Origin: an uncultured virus (IMG/VR IMGVR_UViG_3300030376_003448)
Taxonomy: Duplodnaviria > Heunggongvirae > Uroviricota > Caudoviricetes
Reading direction: 5' to 3' (one strand)
IMG/VR virus record: IMGVR_UViG_3300030376_003448
DNA length: 64,000 bases
Positions 50,098 to 59,342 of this stretch are shown one piece after another; the stretch's first letter is position 1, and each line of letters starts with the position of its first letter. A program made the translations under genes and the position numbers. Below the pieces are notes generated by a model that saw only the letters and a list, made by a program, of their open reading frames with translations, was not told the DNA's origin and did no database searches.

Positions 50098-50714
50098 TCC
50101 ACGACCTCGTAATCAACATCAATAGGTGTGGTTAGTAGGTTTAGTTTTCTCTCCACATCATCCAGTAGTTTAGGTTGGTCTGCTAAGGTTTCCACAAGAA
50201 TCCTACTGACATCACTGAGCTGATTGTTTACTAGCAGTAGTTGGGAATCTACACCTATCTCTTTTTTGAGCTGGCCTACTAGCTTGAGCGATGCGTTGGC
50301 CTGTGCTATCAACCTAGAGGCATCAGCTACAAACTCTGATGTGATACCTCCTTCTGCTTCCTTACGCTCCTCTAGCTCGTCCAAGTAATTTCTGATTCTA
50401 ATTACTATGTCCTCTGCTGAGTCTAGCGTGTTGATGGATTGGGAACGTGCTTGTTCCATGTGCATAGCTTCGGTAGGGTCATACTCCATGTGTGAATCCA
50501 TGTGGTTCATCACTGTCCCATCCGGCCAGTTATATTTAGCTTCAAGATAACTAGGTGATGCTTCGTCATTGAACACCTGCTTCTCCAATTCCTTTCTGTC
50601 TTTATGGTCGCACATCTCACAACCACCCGACAGAACCCATCTCAATACTTCTATGGCAAAGGCATCGTTCTCAGTGGCAAGCCTTCTCTGTATCTCTATC
50701 TTTGTCTTCATCAA
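50094..50714 (-). CDS. CxxC-H/H zinc-HTH protein with coiled coil (TerS-like architecture)
   Basis: CEMCDH...HMDSH then helical region. Confidence 0.6.
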   Translation of the reverse strand: MMKTKIEIQRRLATENDAFAIEVLRWVLSGGCEMCDHKDRKELEKQVFNDEASPSYLEAKYNWPDGTVMNHMDSHMEYDPTEAMHMEQARSQSINTLDSAEDIVIRIRNYLDELEERKEAEGGITSEFVADASRLIAQANASLKLVGQLKKEIGVDSQLLLVNNQLSDVSRILVETLADQPKLLDDVERKLNLLTTPIDVDYEVVE

Positions 50715-52033
50715 TTACCACCCCACATTATAGGCTCACTAGCTTCTGATACTGGACCGAACCTACAAATGACTCCCTTACGACCACGCCTTTTAACACT
50801 CGGTTCTACTTCGCTATACCAAGTCTGACCCTCTAGATTTTCTATCAACCATCGCTTTGCACTTTGGTAGTCACCCGCAGTTATCATACGACTAATCTCT
50901 TTTAGTAGTTGCGACTTGGGTACGTCCTTCATCCAGAAGGTGCTACGCATAAGCTCAAGGTCTGCATCCATTACTCTCCTTCTCTGAGCTAGAGATTGGT
51001 TGAGTATAGCCTCTAGCTTCTCATCTAGTTTTATGATTAAAGGTTCTCCTCCACGATAGGTAGGTTGCATCATGGCGTAGCCTATACACATTCTTCTGAA
51101 TAGGTCTGCCTCAAAGGAACGCACATCGGGTCTGTCTATCCACTCCATGATGCCGTCATCAAACAAGATACCCGTAGGTGGATTCCTAACGGCTTCGTGC
51201 ATTCTGTTTCTTATCCATTCTTTTATCTCAATATTAAGATTGGCAACGGCCACCCTCTCATCCTTCTGCATGTTGGCCTGTGCATGTTGGGCCAATTTAT
51301 ACTGCCTCTCTTTCTCTGGGGTCATCTCTATGTCTATGATGAAGAACCTTCGGTCTAGTCCAGAGTCAAGCTCAAACCTAGCGGGTTGTGTACCCGCCCA
51401 TACTGTGTATCGTGTGGTGTATCTAACCCATCCGTTACGCATGGCCTTCTGTACCCTGCCGTTGTCTAGGCTTGTGAGCAGTTGATTCTTCATGTCTAGG
51501 CTATGGTCCTTCTTAGACGCATCAGACATAGATGAGAATTCCTCAAAGCCGAGGAAGCCACCACACATCTCTCTAGCGATAGGTCGCCCTGCTATCTCAC
51601 CCTCATCATCTACGGAGCCAAACATACCTGCCTCTGTTATAGAGTTAGCACCCATCATCGTCCTCATACCCTGCCCTAAGTCGGCGTTGGAGTTGTAAAC
51701 AAGACCTGTTCCTTCTGCTAGGAACATGAGGATAAGAACAGACTTACCACTACCCTTAGCTCCTCTCATCAGTATGTGTATGCGTGTGTCTGGTAACTGT
51801 GACATGGGGGTGTAGAATGGTACGTTGTTGTGCCTCAGTGGACAGTTTTCTATGATGAAGTCATTCTCCTCATCTACTAACGGACTGTCGGGGTCGAAGT
51901 CACACCGGCTACATTTGTTTAGGGCATTGAATATGTGACCCCCGATACTACACAAGAAGATAGGTATTTTATCCTCGACATCAACGAAGTAGTTACGTCG
52001 TGCAAACTCAATAGTTTTATCGAAAATATTCAT
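50711..52033 (-). CDS. MCM-like AAA+ helicase/ATPase
   Basis: HILMRGAKGSGKS, TEAGMFGS, GGFLGFEEF, LDRRF arginine finger. Confidence 0.75.
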   Translation of the reverse strand: MNIFDKTIEFARRNYFVDVEDKIPIFLCSIGGHIFNALNKCSRCDFDPDSPLVDEENDFIIENCPLRHNNVPFYTPMSQLPDTRIHILMRGAKGSGKSVLILMFLAEGTGLVYNSNADLGQGMRTMMGANSITEAGMFGSVDDEGEIAGRPIAREMCGGFLGFEEFSSMSDASKKDHSLDMKNQLLTSLDNGRVQKAMRNGWVRYTTRYTVWAGTQPARFELDSGLDRRFFIIDIEMTPEKERQYKLAQHAQANMQKDERVAVANLNIEIKEWIRNRMHEAVRNPPTGILFDDGIMEWIDRPDVRSFEADLFRRMCIGYAMMQPTYRGGEPLIIKLDEKLEAILNQSLAQRRRVMDADLELMRSTFWMKDVPKSQLLKEISRMITAGDYQSAKRWLIENLEGQTWYSEVEPSVKRRGRKGVICRFGPVSEASEPIMWGGN

Positions 52034-52842
52034 TGTTGATTACCCCCTATATGTTCCGCCAGTTTTAGTGCTTCCATCATCTCACTGTAATAAACAGTGT
52101 CATACTCAAGACCATGAACATCATACATGTAATCTAGCAACCTGTCTGCTTCTGATATGTTTAGGTAAGTGGTGTTGTCGTTACCACATAGGACTAACCA
52201 AACTCCTCGGATTGGATTCGTACAGAAGGAGTTGAACAAGCTACACATAATCCATGTGGGTGACGGCACTATAAGTTGTAGGTCATCTATGACTTCCCCG
52301 TTTGTTAGGTACAATGCTTCGTCCTCCGGCTCTTGGTAATTATACACAATCAATTCGTTTGGTGGTATCTGTGGTTGGTCATCGAAGATGAAATTCTGCA
52401 TGACGTGTGATGTCAGATACACCAGCTCATCTACTCCTCTTTTACTGCACTCCATTATGATGTCCCTCATCACTGGATAGTTATAGAGCCATGCTTTAGT
52501 CTGTTCTGGTGACGGTGTGTAGGCGTGAGATATTCTTAGGATAAAGTAACGTCGCCCATCCAAGTTACGCATCTCGTACAATCTCCATTCTGGGAAGGTG
52601 GGTAGTGGCAAACTGTTCATCGGCTCTACTTGGTGTAGCTTTGAGAATATCTTACAGACTGGTTGTTGTTCGCCCACAAGACTAGCACCGGCCACAAAGG
52701 AAGCGTAGCCCGCCTCACCTTGATAATAAACTACTAGAGTAGTAGGCTCCACTTGGTTTGGGAATTCAAGGACTCCATTGAGTATAGTTTCCTCCGTCCA
52801 TACAAAGTCAGTGTCGCCGGTAGTTGATATTACTTTACTCAT
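52030..52842 (-). CDS. PAC2 (proteasome assembly chaperone)-like protein
   Basis: LVVYYQGEAGYASFVAG, GVDELVYL, EADRLLDYM....GLEYD resemble PAC2 fold motifs. Confidence 0.45.
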   Translation of the reverse strand: MSKVISTTGDTDFVWTEETILNGVLEFPNQVEPTTLVVYYQGEAGYASFVAGASLVGEQQPVCKIFSKLHQVEPMNSLPLPTFPEWRLYEMRNLDGRRYFILRISHAYTPSPEQTKAWLYNYPVMRDIIMECSKRGVDELVYLTSHVMQNFIFDDQPQIPPNELIVYNYQEPEDEALYLTNGEVIDDLQLIVPSPTWIMCSLFNSFCTNPIRGVWLVLCGNDNTTYLNISEADRLLDYMYDVHGLEYDTVYYSEMMEALKLAEHIGGNQQ

Positions 52843-53170
52843 CTAATCTCTCCTTTATCTTTTCTTGTAGGAACATGGGAAACTTCTTGATTGGTTTTCT
52901 TGAAGCTATTGCCCTACTTACTGCATCATCTAAAGGACGTGCATCCCATACCCCTAGTTTCTTTTCTTCTCCAATCTTCTCAAACAATACCGATGCCCTT
53001 AGTACGCAACCAAGAGATACGGGAGTAGTACCGTAGTTATACCCGAACCTGTTTGAGTAGCAATCAGAGTTGTACCAATCGCATATGTCCGTAGATGTCA
53101 TCGGGCCGTTCTCTTGTAGATACTCATAGACTTTTGATTGTAGTCTTTTGGTCTGCCCTCTACCACCCAT
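52835..53170 (-). CDS. winged-HTH protein
   Basis: VYEYLQENGPMTSTDI; start MGGRGQ 28 nt after TATA of a promoter module. Confidence 0.7.
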   Translation of the reverse strand: MGGRGQTKRLQSKVYEYLQENGPMTSTDICDWYNSDCYSNRFGYNYGTTPVSLGCVLRASVLFEKIGEEKKLGVWDARPLDDAVSRAIASRKPIKKFPMFLQEKIKERLDE

Positions 53171-53228
53171 ACCCTGTCCTCTCCTGTCACGGTTATAATT
53201 ATTTTTGTTACCTGTCACAAGCGTAAAA

Positions 53229-53370
53229 AATTAAAACGCTTTACTGCTCTCCATATTTTTATTTCTTTTATTTCTTCAAAGGTGTTTTAGAATTACTTTC
53301 TTCTTTACCTTAACACACTATTGAATTAATTGAAGAATTAGTAAATAGGCTTTCAGTGTCACGGTTTTTT
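53229..53370. repeat. AT-rich palindromic element, copy 2 (inverted relative to 5881-6054)
   Basis: AAACGCTTTACTGCTCT 53234-53250 and ATAGGCTTTCAGTGT 53345-53359 are exact reverse complements of boxes B and A of copy 1. Confidence 0.8.
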
Positions 53371-53401
53371 ATTTATGTGATATCGAAACCAACAAAAAGA
53401 A

Positions 53402-53602
53402 TTAGGAATCTATTTCTTTCTTTCTGTGATAAAAGTCATATTCATCTAACTGTAAAGTCATACCATTCTCACCACACTCGACTATATCAGATAGTACAAC
53501 GTCACCTTTCCATTCAAAGGCTACAATTACAGGCCAGTGTCCTTTACCTTCGTCCATCATTTTCTCGCATATTTCTTTAAGCTCGTCTATTGTCATCGTC
53601 AT
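53402..53602 (-). CDS. small hypothetical protein
   Basis: MTMTIDELKE..., starts just after upstream stop. Confidence 0.6.
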   Translation of the reverse strand: MTMTIDELKEICEKMMDEGKGHWPVIVAFEWKGDVVLSDIVECGENGMTLQLDEYDFYHRKKEIDS

Positions 53603-53603
53603 A

Positions 53604-54425
53604 TTAGTAACCCCGTAATGCCCACGTATAATATTCTTTCTGTAACTTAGTTTTATCGTGGAAATCATTTAACCTATCTGCGTTTATCATTTTCTTTTCA
53701 ATGCTTTCTGGTAACTTACTAAGCACATCTTGACTAAACTTATCTAAGCTAGAGTGAATTCCTTCAAGGACATCACCAAGCTCTCCCGCCTCTATTGTGT
53801 GAACCCACCCTACTACCCTGTGGTATTTCTCCACAAGCATAGTAGCACCGGTAGGTGTTTCTATCGTACCCCAAATGTAGGTATTGTTATTGACAGATAA
53901 TATATTTATCCTAAACTTATAGAGTCTTGTGTGTCTAAGAACATTATCTTTTGTGAAGCGCATATACGGGTACATTCTACCTTTGTAACTTATTCTAGGC
54001 AACCCATCCTTCTCGTAACCGCTTAGGTAATTAGCGTCTATGAAATCATATGTTGTTTGAAGATACTTACTACCGGTATCTGATGTGAGGATATTTATTA
54101 TCGAGCCTTCATCATGCCATACATCTATCTTCATCTTTGGTTGGCTATCTATGTAGCCTTGTAGGATTTCCTTTAGCGGTGGTCTGTGGGTTGGTAATAC
54201 ATCATAGATGGTCTGCATCATTTCTTTGTACTGTAATGTTGGGTCTATGCACTTCAAGAAAGCGAAAAGGATATGCCGGTCCTTTATCTCGTACTGTTTG
54301 TTGTGTTGTGATAGTAACACCATAGGGTGTTTTCTACCATTACTTTTAACCTTATTATACTCTCTAGCTTCTACAACCTTCAAGCCCTTAAGACTTAGCG
54401 ACTTGTATCTACTGCTCACTGGCAT
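53604..54425 (-). CDS. hypothetical protein
   Basis: 273 aa ORF. Confidence 0.7.
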   Translation of the reverse strand: MPVSSRYKSLSLKGLKVVEAREYNKVKSNGRKHPMVLLSQHNKQYEIKDRHILFAFLKCIDPTLQYKEMMQTIYDVLPTHRPPLKEILQGYIDSQPKMKIDVWHDEGSIINILTSDTGSKYLQTTYDFIDANYLSGYEKDGLPRISYKGRMYPYMRFTKDNVLRHTRLYKFRINILSVNNNTYIWGTIETPTGATMLVEKYHRVVGWVHTIEAGELGDVLEGIHSSLDKFSQDVLSKLPESIEKKMINADRLNDFHDKTKLQKEYYTWALRGY

Positions 54426-54663
54426 CTCTCCACTGTTTGTTTTTTGCTTTCACTCTGTTAGCTTTGCTCATGGTAGTCTTGAATTCCTTTACCATGTACT
54501 GAGGAGTCTTCTGCTTGAAGGAGCCTATACTCATCCACTTGGTACAGTCTTCTACTAACTGCCTAAGCTCATTGACTTCTTTGTTATTGGTATATGGGAA
54601 TACCTCGTTGGCTTTCTCAGCCTCCTTTTTTTTATCCTCAAGATAATCCGTGTACTTCCTCAT
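54409..54663 (-). CDS. hypothetical protein
   Basis: 84 aa, ATGA overlap. Confidence 0.6.
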   Translation of the reverse strand: MRKYTDYLEDKKKEAEKANEVFPYTNNKEVNELRQLVEDCTKWMSIGSFKQKTPQYMVKEFKTTMSKANRVKAKNKQWRDASEQ

Positions 54664-54929
54664 ATCTCCGCACCTTCTTCATCGTAGTAGTATCTGTTTA
54701 CCTTGTATGTTGTAGTACCAAACTGACTTAGTGTATCGCTTAACTGCTCTCTGACATTACCCTTCCTTATACCCTTCATACCTCTAATCAGATTACTGAT
54801 ATGCCTAGCATTACTGATGTACTTTTTCCTCTTGGGGTTCATCCTCTCTAGAATCTGGTCTGCCGTAAGACCGTCTGGATTCGCCTTGAGTGTCCTTATT
54901 ATCTCGTTTCTAACTCCCTGCTTTCTCAT
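54660..54929 (-). CDS. winged-HTH protein
   Basis: IIRTLKANPDGLTADQILE; start 28 nt after TATA of promoter module. Confidence 0.7.
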   Translation of the reverse strand: MRKQGVRNEIIRTLKANPDGLTADQILERMNPKRKKYISNARHISNLIRGMKGIRKGNVREQLSDTLSQFGTTTYKVNRYYYDEEGAEI

Positions 54930-54963
54930 AAAATCCCCACTCTTTTTGTATGTATAAGTATTT

Positions 54964-55263
54964 CTATTCTGATTCGCAAGCGTCGTCTGGATGCACACCA
55001 TATTTTGCTTCGTGTGCGTTGTTTATTATATCTATTAAGTCTTGGTCCTTGATAGCTTTATTAGCTATGTTCACATCGTTTATCAAACGCTGAACATAGA
55101 CACTAGCATCTAGTAGCTCCTCTTGGAGATGCACTAACCACTCTGTAATGTTAAGGTCTTCTCTTTCCATAGTAACTCCGTACTTGGTTTTACCAACCTT
55201 AGCTCTATGCCTTATTTTCCATATTACTTTTTCCTCAATACTACTCAATCTTACCACGTCCAT
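54964..55263 (-). CDS. all-alpha NTP pyrophosphohydrolase (MazG-like) family protein
   Basis: R..VG..KYG.TM.R.DL...WL.HLQEELLDA.VY. Confidence 0.65.
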   Translation of the reverse strand: MDVVRLSSIEEKVIWKIRHRAKVGKTKYGVTMEREDLNITEWLVHLQEELLDASVYVQRLINDVNIANKAIKDQDLIDIINNAHEAKYGVHPDDACESE

Positions 55264-55591
55264 TGTTGTAATTCTCATAATGCTTATCGTAATCCTTTTG
55301 ACTACAAGTAAAAAGGTACGAACCATTTGGAGAAGTCTTATGCTTCTTGAACATCTTGTTCCTACATAACTTAGCTAGGAATGAGTGATAGTGTATAGTG
55401 CCTCTTTTATTACGGTAAAGGTTCCCATTTTTGTAGGTCATATTCTCAAAGATATTTAGAGCGGTGCATGGTTTATCTTGTTCTATCAACCAACGACCCG
55501 CACACTCAAAGGCTCTAGCGAACCGTGTCTTTCTGGCATTGATACCGTTCAGCTCTTTCATCTGTTCCACCTGTCCCGCCAACAACCGCAC
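55241..55591 (-). CDS. hypothetical protein (likely start MKELNG near 55561)
   Basis: ORF track; wHTH-like pattern. Confidence 0.55.
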   Translation of the reverse strand: MRLLAGQVEQMKELNGINARKTRFARAFECAGRWLIEQDKPCTALNIFENMTYKNGNLYRNKRGTIHYHSFLAKLCRNKMFKKHKTSPNGSYLFTCSQKDYDKHYENYNNGRGKIE

Positions 55592-55629
55592 TGTCTATCG
55601 TTGTGATGCCCACACAATAAACACTTCAT

Positions 55630-55782
55630 TTATCTAGCCTCCACATCTGGAATCCAGTCGCCGTTCTGGTACTCGTCGTAGCAACAATCGCACACGACAT
55701 CACCCCACTCGTTGAAGAAGTAGATGGTAGTACCTTCCCCATCTTCAATGGCGTTATCACAATCCTCTAGCTCACAAATCAT
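55630..55782 (-). CDS. 50 aa acidic zinc-finger protein
   Basis: CELEDC...CDCC; ATGA overlap. Confidence 0.55.
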   Translation of the reverse strand: MICELEDCDNAIEDGEGTTIYFFNEWGDVVCDCCYDEYQNGDWIPDVEAR

Positions 55783-55919
55783 TCTTCCTCATCTTCCCAC
55801 TTCTCTACAAGACCAACGTACTTCTCTCCATCAGGAAAGTACACAGTGATATACAGATGACCCTTCTTGTGGTAGTCATCCACTGTGACTGTTGGCTCAT
55901 TCTCTGTGTTAATTGCCAT
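55779..55919 (-). CDS. 46 aa acidic protein
   Basis: MAINTENEPT...; AGGAGG SD and promoter module upstream. Confidence 0.6.
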   Translation of the reverse strand: MAINTENEPTVTVDDYHKKGHLYITVYFPDGEKYVGLVEKWEDEEE

Positions 55920-56122
55920 ATCTATGCCTCCTAGTCTTTTCTCTTAACTGTTGTCCTGTGTATCGCAAGCGTACATATTATTTTCTTCTAACAATCTGTA
56001 ATCAGCTTCGCTCAATCTCTTGTCTACCTGTGTCTTTCTCCAACGACCTAGTACGCCGTTGTTTACTCCTCTTACATTCTTTCCCTTGTTGTATCTTCTT
56101 CTCATTCTTTTTCCTGTGCTAC

Positions 56123-56646
56123 TCATTGTATCATCTCCATCGGCCACCAATCGGGGGCATCTCTACCCTTCTTCCACTGGGCGAATCTACTTTTATCGTG
56201 AATGTAGTAGTCACGATATGCGGTGACGGCACACTCGTTTTTGTAATCATCGGGCATGGCCTGTGCAAATGGCGTTAGCTCTCCTTCNNNNNNNNNNCTT
56301 CTGGTATCAAGTGCGCCATGATGTATAGATGCTCTATACCCTTCTCGCATGAATGAACCTTGTCGAATCTCTTGGTATACTCGTCGCATAGCATAGCACC
56401 GTGGTAACAAGCCCATAGGAAGTTAGACCTAGAATCACCCACCCAACGGGTACAGGGGTGATTGTGGTAGCCACCACGTAGCGGTGTGCCTTTACTTGTT
56501 AGTGGCATCATGTCGGGTGTAGCACCGTGACGGATGACGGCGGAGCCTAACTGTTGGTAAAGCTCCACGACCATCTTAGGAACGTGCTTGTCACAGTACA
56601 TCTTTGCTGACTGTATCGGGTCTTCATCTAGTATGAATATGTTCAC
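56123..56646 (-). CDS. pyrimidine dimer DNA glycosylase / endonuclease V-like protein (interrupted by an N gap)
   Basis: MNIFILD.DP..SA...CDKHV.KM..E..Q.L, HNHPCTRW, AQAMPD.YK, AYR.YY..K. Confidence 0.8.
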
Positions 56647-56915
56647 TGTATCTCCTCCAAATAATCTCGTAGGTATAGTCCTCGTCTTACAGGCTTCTCT
56701 AGTGCCGGGTCTTTATCAAGTTTGGGTTCCGATGTCGCAAGCGTGAGTATTAACTTTTTGTTATAGATTTTTTCGTAGTTTGCGAAGCACGTCGGACACT
56801 CTGGTAGCTTTGCGTACTCGGCATCGGTGACGTACTCACCGGACTCTGGTACAGGCGTACCACAGAGCCTATCATGATGTCCTAATGAGATATGCTTCAT
56901 CATTCTAAGTCCCAC
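56643..56915 (-). CDS. small zinc-binding hypothetical protein
   Basis: H...LCG...CPTC. Confidence 0.55.
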   Translation of the reverse strand: MGLRMMKHISLGHHDRLCGTPVPESGEYVTDAEYAKLPECPTCFANYEKIYNKKLILTLATSEPKLDKDPALEKPVRRGLYLRDYLEEIQ

Positions 56916-56958
56916 TCCTCAAAGACCCACTCGTCTGTTTCAATCCTTACTACTAGCT

Positions 56959-57192
56959 TCATGCTTCTTTCTCCTTGTAATCTGGATGCTCCTCTGGTAG
57001 TAAGTGCCTTCTTCGCTCCATCATATTGACAAGCAGTTTCGTCAGTTTCTTAGCTCCCTTGTCGAATCTTTCCTCCGCTTTGTTTTTTCTTGGACCTACT
57101 ACCATAGTTTCTTTTACGATAGATATATCTATGTCATCAAGGATATGTTGTAGTATCTCGTACTCAACATGGGGTATTGTTTGGCATCTCAT
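56959..57192 (-). CDS. hypothetical protein
   Basis: 77 aa, ATGA overlap. Confidence 0.6.
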   Translation of the reverse strand: MRCQTIPHVEYEILQHILDDIDISIVKETMVVGPRKNKAEERFDKGAKKLTKLLVNMMERRRHLLPEEHPDYKEKEA

Positions 57193-57356
57193 TCCTCATC
57201 ATCTCCGTGGTCCCAAAGGATTCGCTGACACAATGCGAGTATCAATGTTCGGTATTGTGCTTCGATATCTGATAGGTCATCATCGTCCCAATTCTCGTAG
57301 CAATCAAGAAGGTCGCCGTATGTATTCTCAAATCTGCAATAACTCATATTACTCAT
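57189..57356 (-). CDS. small acidic phage protein (MSNMSYCRFENT family)
   Basis: recognisable NMSYCRFENT..DL.DC motif. Confidence 0.6.
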   Translation of the reverse strand: MSNMSYCRFENTYGDLLDCYENWDDDDLSDIEAQYRTLILALCQRILWDHGDDEE

Positions 57357-57789
57357 GGCAACCACACTCCCCTGCCTTGTGCATGTTGTATGGCATACCG
57401 TGGTTGCACACATCATAGACCCCGGCTTTCTTCCTATACTCATGAGCTTTCTCTGATATTCTCCATGCCCTAGCCTGTCTTCTCCTCTGTGGCTCGACAA
57501 TGAATTCTTGTTCTAGGCTTTCAACGTAGTCTGAAAACTCCTCCTCTGTGATTGTTGATGTAGTCCAATCATACCTGTTCTTCTTAACATTCCAACCCGG
57601 TGTTTCTGGTCCATCCATAGATGAACCCATCTCAAGCAACCACTCATACAGATTCATGTGTCTGTGGTCACTTGGGTATGAGTTACTGTCATCCATGTAA
57701 CTGACAAACCAGCTTAGGTAGTCGGCCTCCCTCTCAATATTCGTTCTTACCCTCATGGGGTTCTTCTCCTGTGTCGCTTTTTGCTCCAT
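57349..57789 (-). CDS. hypothetical protein
   Basis: 146 aa, starts 28 nt after TATA of promoter module. Confidence 0.7.
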   Translation of the reverse strand: MEQKATQEKNPMRVRTNIEREADYLSWFVSYMDDSNSYPSDHRHMNLYEWLLEMGSSMDGPETPGWNVKKNRYDWTTSTITEEEFSDYVESLEQEFIVEPQRRRQARAWRISEKAHEYRKKAGVYDVCNHGMPYNMHKAGECGCHE

Positions 57790-57967
57790 GATACTCCATC
57801 GAAGCCGTACCTTTAACTGTTCCGTTCTGTGTCACAAGCGTCACCATTCGACTTGTGACCCGACGACGGGGGTAAGTTACTATTACCGTTATTCTTCTTC
57901 TGACCTTATCCAAAATCTCTTTCCACATACTCGACACCTTGACTCCCCGACTACTCTAGGGCATACC

Positions 57968-58093
57968 TTACAATCTGACATAGCCGTTGCCTCTACAATA
58001 GTCACAAGCATCTTGTTCCTTTTCACCTGTCATAGCCGTGTAGTGTATTGTGAAACCTCGGCCTCGACAAGCTGAACAAGTTACTTTTACCAT
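57968..58093 (-). CDS. 41 aa DnaJ-type zinc-finger protein
   Basis: CSACRGRG...CDYCRGNG. Confidence 0.65.
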   Translation of the reverse strand: MVKVTCSACRGRGFTIHYTAMTGEKEQDACDYCRGNGYVRL

Positions 58094-58101
58094 AGTATTA
58101 C

Positions 58102-58302
58102 CTACTGTGGGATAACTCCATCCTCTCGTAACTGGTCGTAGTTATCCATCCATGATTTTAGTACCTTATGGGCCGTCTTTCTGTCTAGGTCACAATGCTC
58201 TACTAGGTAGGGCGTAGCACCAAACATGTTGGTTGCTCCCGACTGCCTTAGCACCTCAAGGAAGATGTAGTGTTCTCTCCACTCTGGATTGTAAGGCATC
58301 AT
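58102..58302 (-). CDS. small conserved phage protein (LR.SG.TNMFGA motif)
   Basis: FLEVLRQSGATNMFGATPYL. Confidence 0.7.
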   Translation of the reverse strand: MMPYNPEWREHYIFLEVLRQSGATNMFGATPYLVEHCDLDRKTAHKVLKSWMDNYDQLREDGVIPQ

Positions 58303-58493
58303 ATCATCTCCATCATGTAGAGCATATCTTGTATCTTATCAGTTTCTTTTGTGGTAAATATAGTACCCGAGGACATGTGTATGTCATACGCCCATCTGTC
58401 TTCCGAAGGTATCTCGTACTGAACAATGCCACATATCTTACTTACATTTATCATAGTAGTACCGGCATTTGTCGTTAGCTTGATGTAAGTCAT
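58299..58493 (-). CDS. small hypothetical protein
   Basis: 64 aa beta-rich, coupled to neighbours. Confidence 0.6.
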   Translation of the reverse strand: MTYIKLTTNAGTTMINVSKICGIVQYEIPSEDRWAYDIHMSSGTIFTTKETDKIQDMLYMMEMI

Positions 58494-58853
58494 CTACTCG
58501 CCCCCCTTCTCAATAAAATCAATACAAGTTATGGCGTGGGTCAATGCCTCTATCCAACCTTGATTGATGTAATCACCATTTTCATCGTGATTCTCATAAT
58601 CGCCTATGGCTTCTTCGCAATCCTCTAATGTATCTTTTAGCTGAAGCCTTAGACTCTGCATGGGAGTCATGGCGGGCTTTGGTGTGCCTACCTCACTAAT
58701 CATGTCCCAGTTTCTTTCTAGGTCACGCTCTGTGAACATGTCATAGGCATCTGCGTACCAAAAGTTAGTACCACAGTCGCTAATATCCATTCTCTCAATC
58801 GTTATCTCTCTGTTGTTGTGTTTGTTTCTGTATGTTCCGTACATGTTTCTCAC
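58494..58853 (-). CDS. hypothetical protein
   Basis: 119 aa, downstream of promoter module at 58895. Confidence 0.65.
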   Translation of the reverse strand: MRNMYGTYRNKHNNREITIERMDISDCGTNFWYADAYDMFTERDLERNWDMISEVGTPKPAMTPMQSLRLQLKDTLEDCEEAIGDYENHDENGDYINQGWIEALTHAITCIDFIEKGGE

Positions 58854-58915
58854 TTATCCTTTCCTCATATCCTTTACTTTTAACCTTGTTGTTCTGTGTC
58901 GCAAGCGTAATCTAC

Positions 58916-59311
58916 CTACATACACCCCGCCCAAAAATCAGCTTCGTACTCATCTGTTTCTCTGTTCCAGTGCATTAGGTATAGCTCACACGGCCATGAG
59001 TGACCCCACACCTGTAAGAAGGCGACTAAGCAGGGTGATAGACCTGTGACGTATAGGTTTACCCTGTTGGGTATTTCCCTATCATGTTCCTCTTTTATGA
59101 AGCCCATGTTCTTCTCTAACCACTCATCTACTACCCGCTCGTTACCACTAAAGTCCAACGGGTTCTCCACTACCTGCGGGAACACCGAGTCAGTCACGTC
59201 CGGTATCGGATGTCTAGAATCGCACAAGGCGACGTTATGCATCCTGTATTCTCTCATCATTCCATCATCTTCCTCAAAACCATATAGGTATATCTCGTCC
59301 ATTGTTGTCAT
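58916..59311 (-). CDS. hypothetical protein
   Basis: SRH.IP, VNLYVTGLS..L, LMHWNRET..Y motif seen in phage early genes. Confidence 0.7.
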   Translation of the reverse strand: MTTMDEIYLYGFEEDDGMMREYRMHNVALCDSRHPIPDVTDSVFPQVVENPLDFSGNERVVDEWLEKNMGFIKEEHDREIPNRVNLYVTGLSPCLVAFLQVWGHSWPCELYLMHWNRETDEYEADFWAGCM

Positions 59312-59342
59312 CTCCTAAGTTATTTTTACTGTAATTGTTGGT

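Noticed and set aside
56123..56646. Frameshifted or split glycosylase gene
   Set aside because: The break coincides with a 10-N scaffold gap, so it is most likely an assembly artefact.
58001..58012. Extra copy of the cassette core (GTCACAAGCATC)
   Set aside because: Lies inside the Zn-finger coding sequence (DACD) and lacks the TATA and leader.
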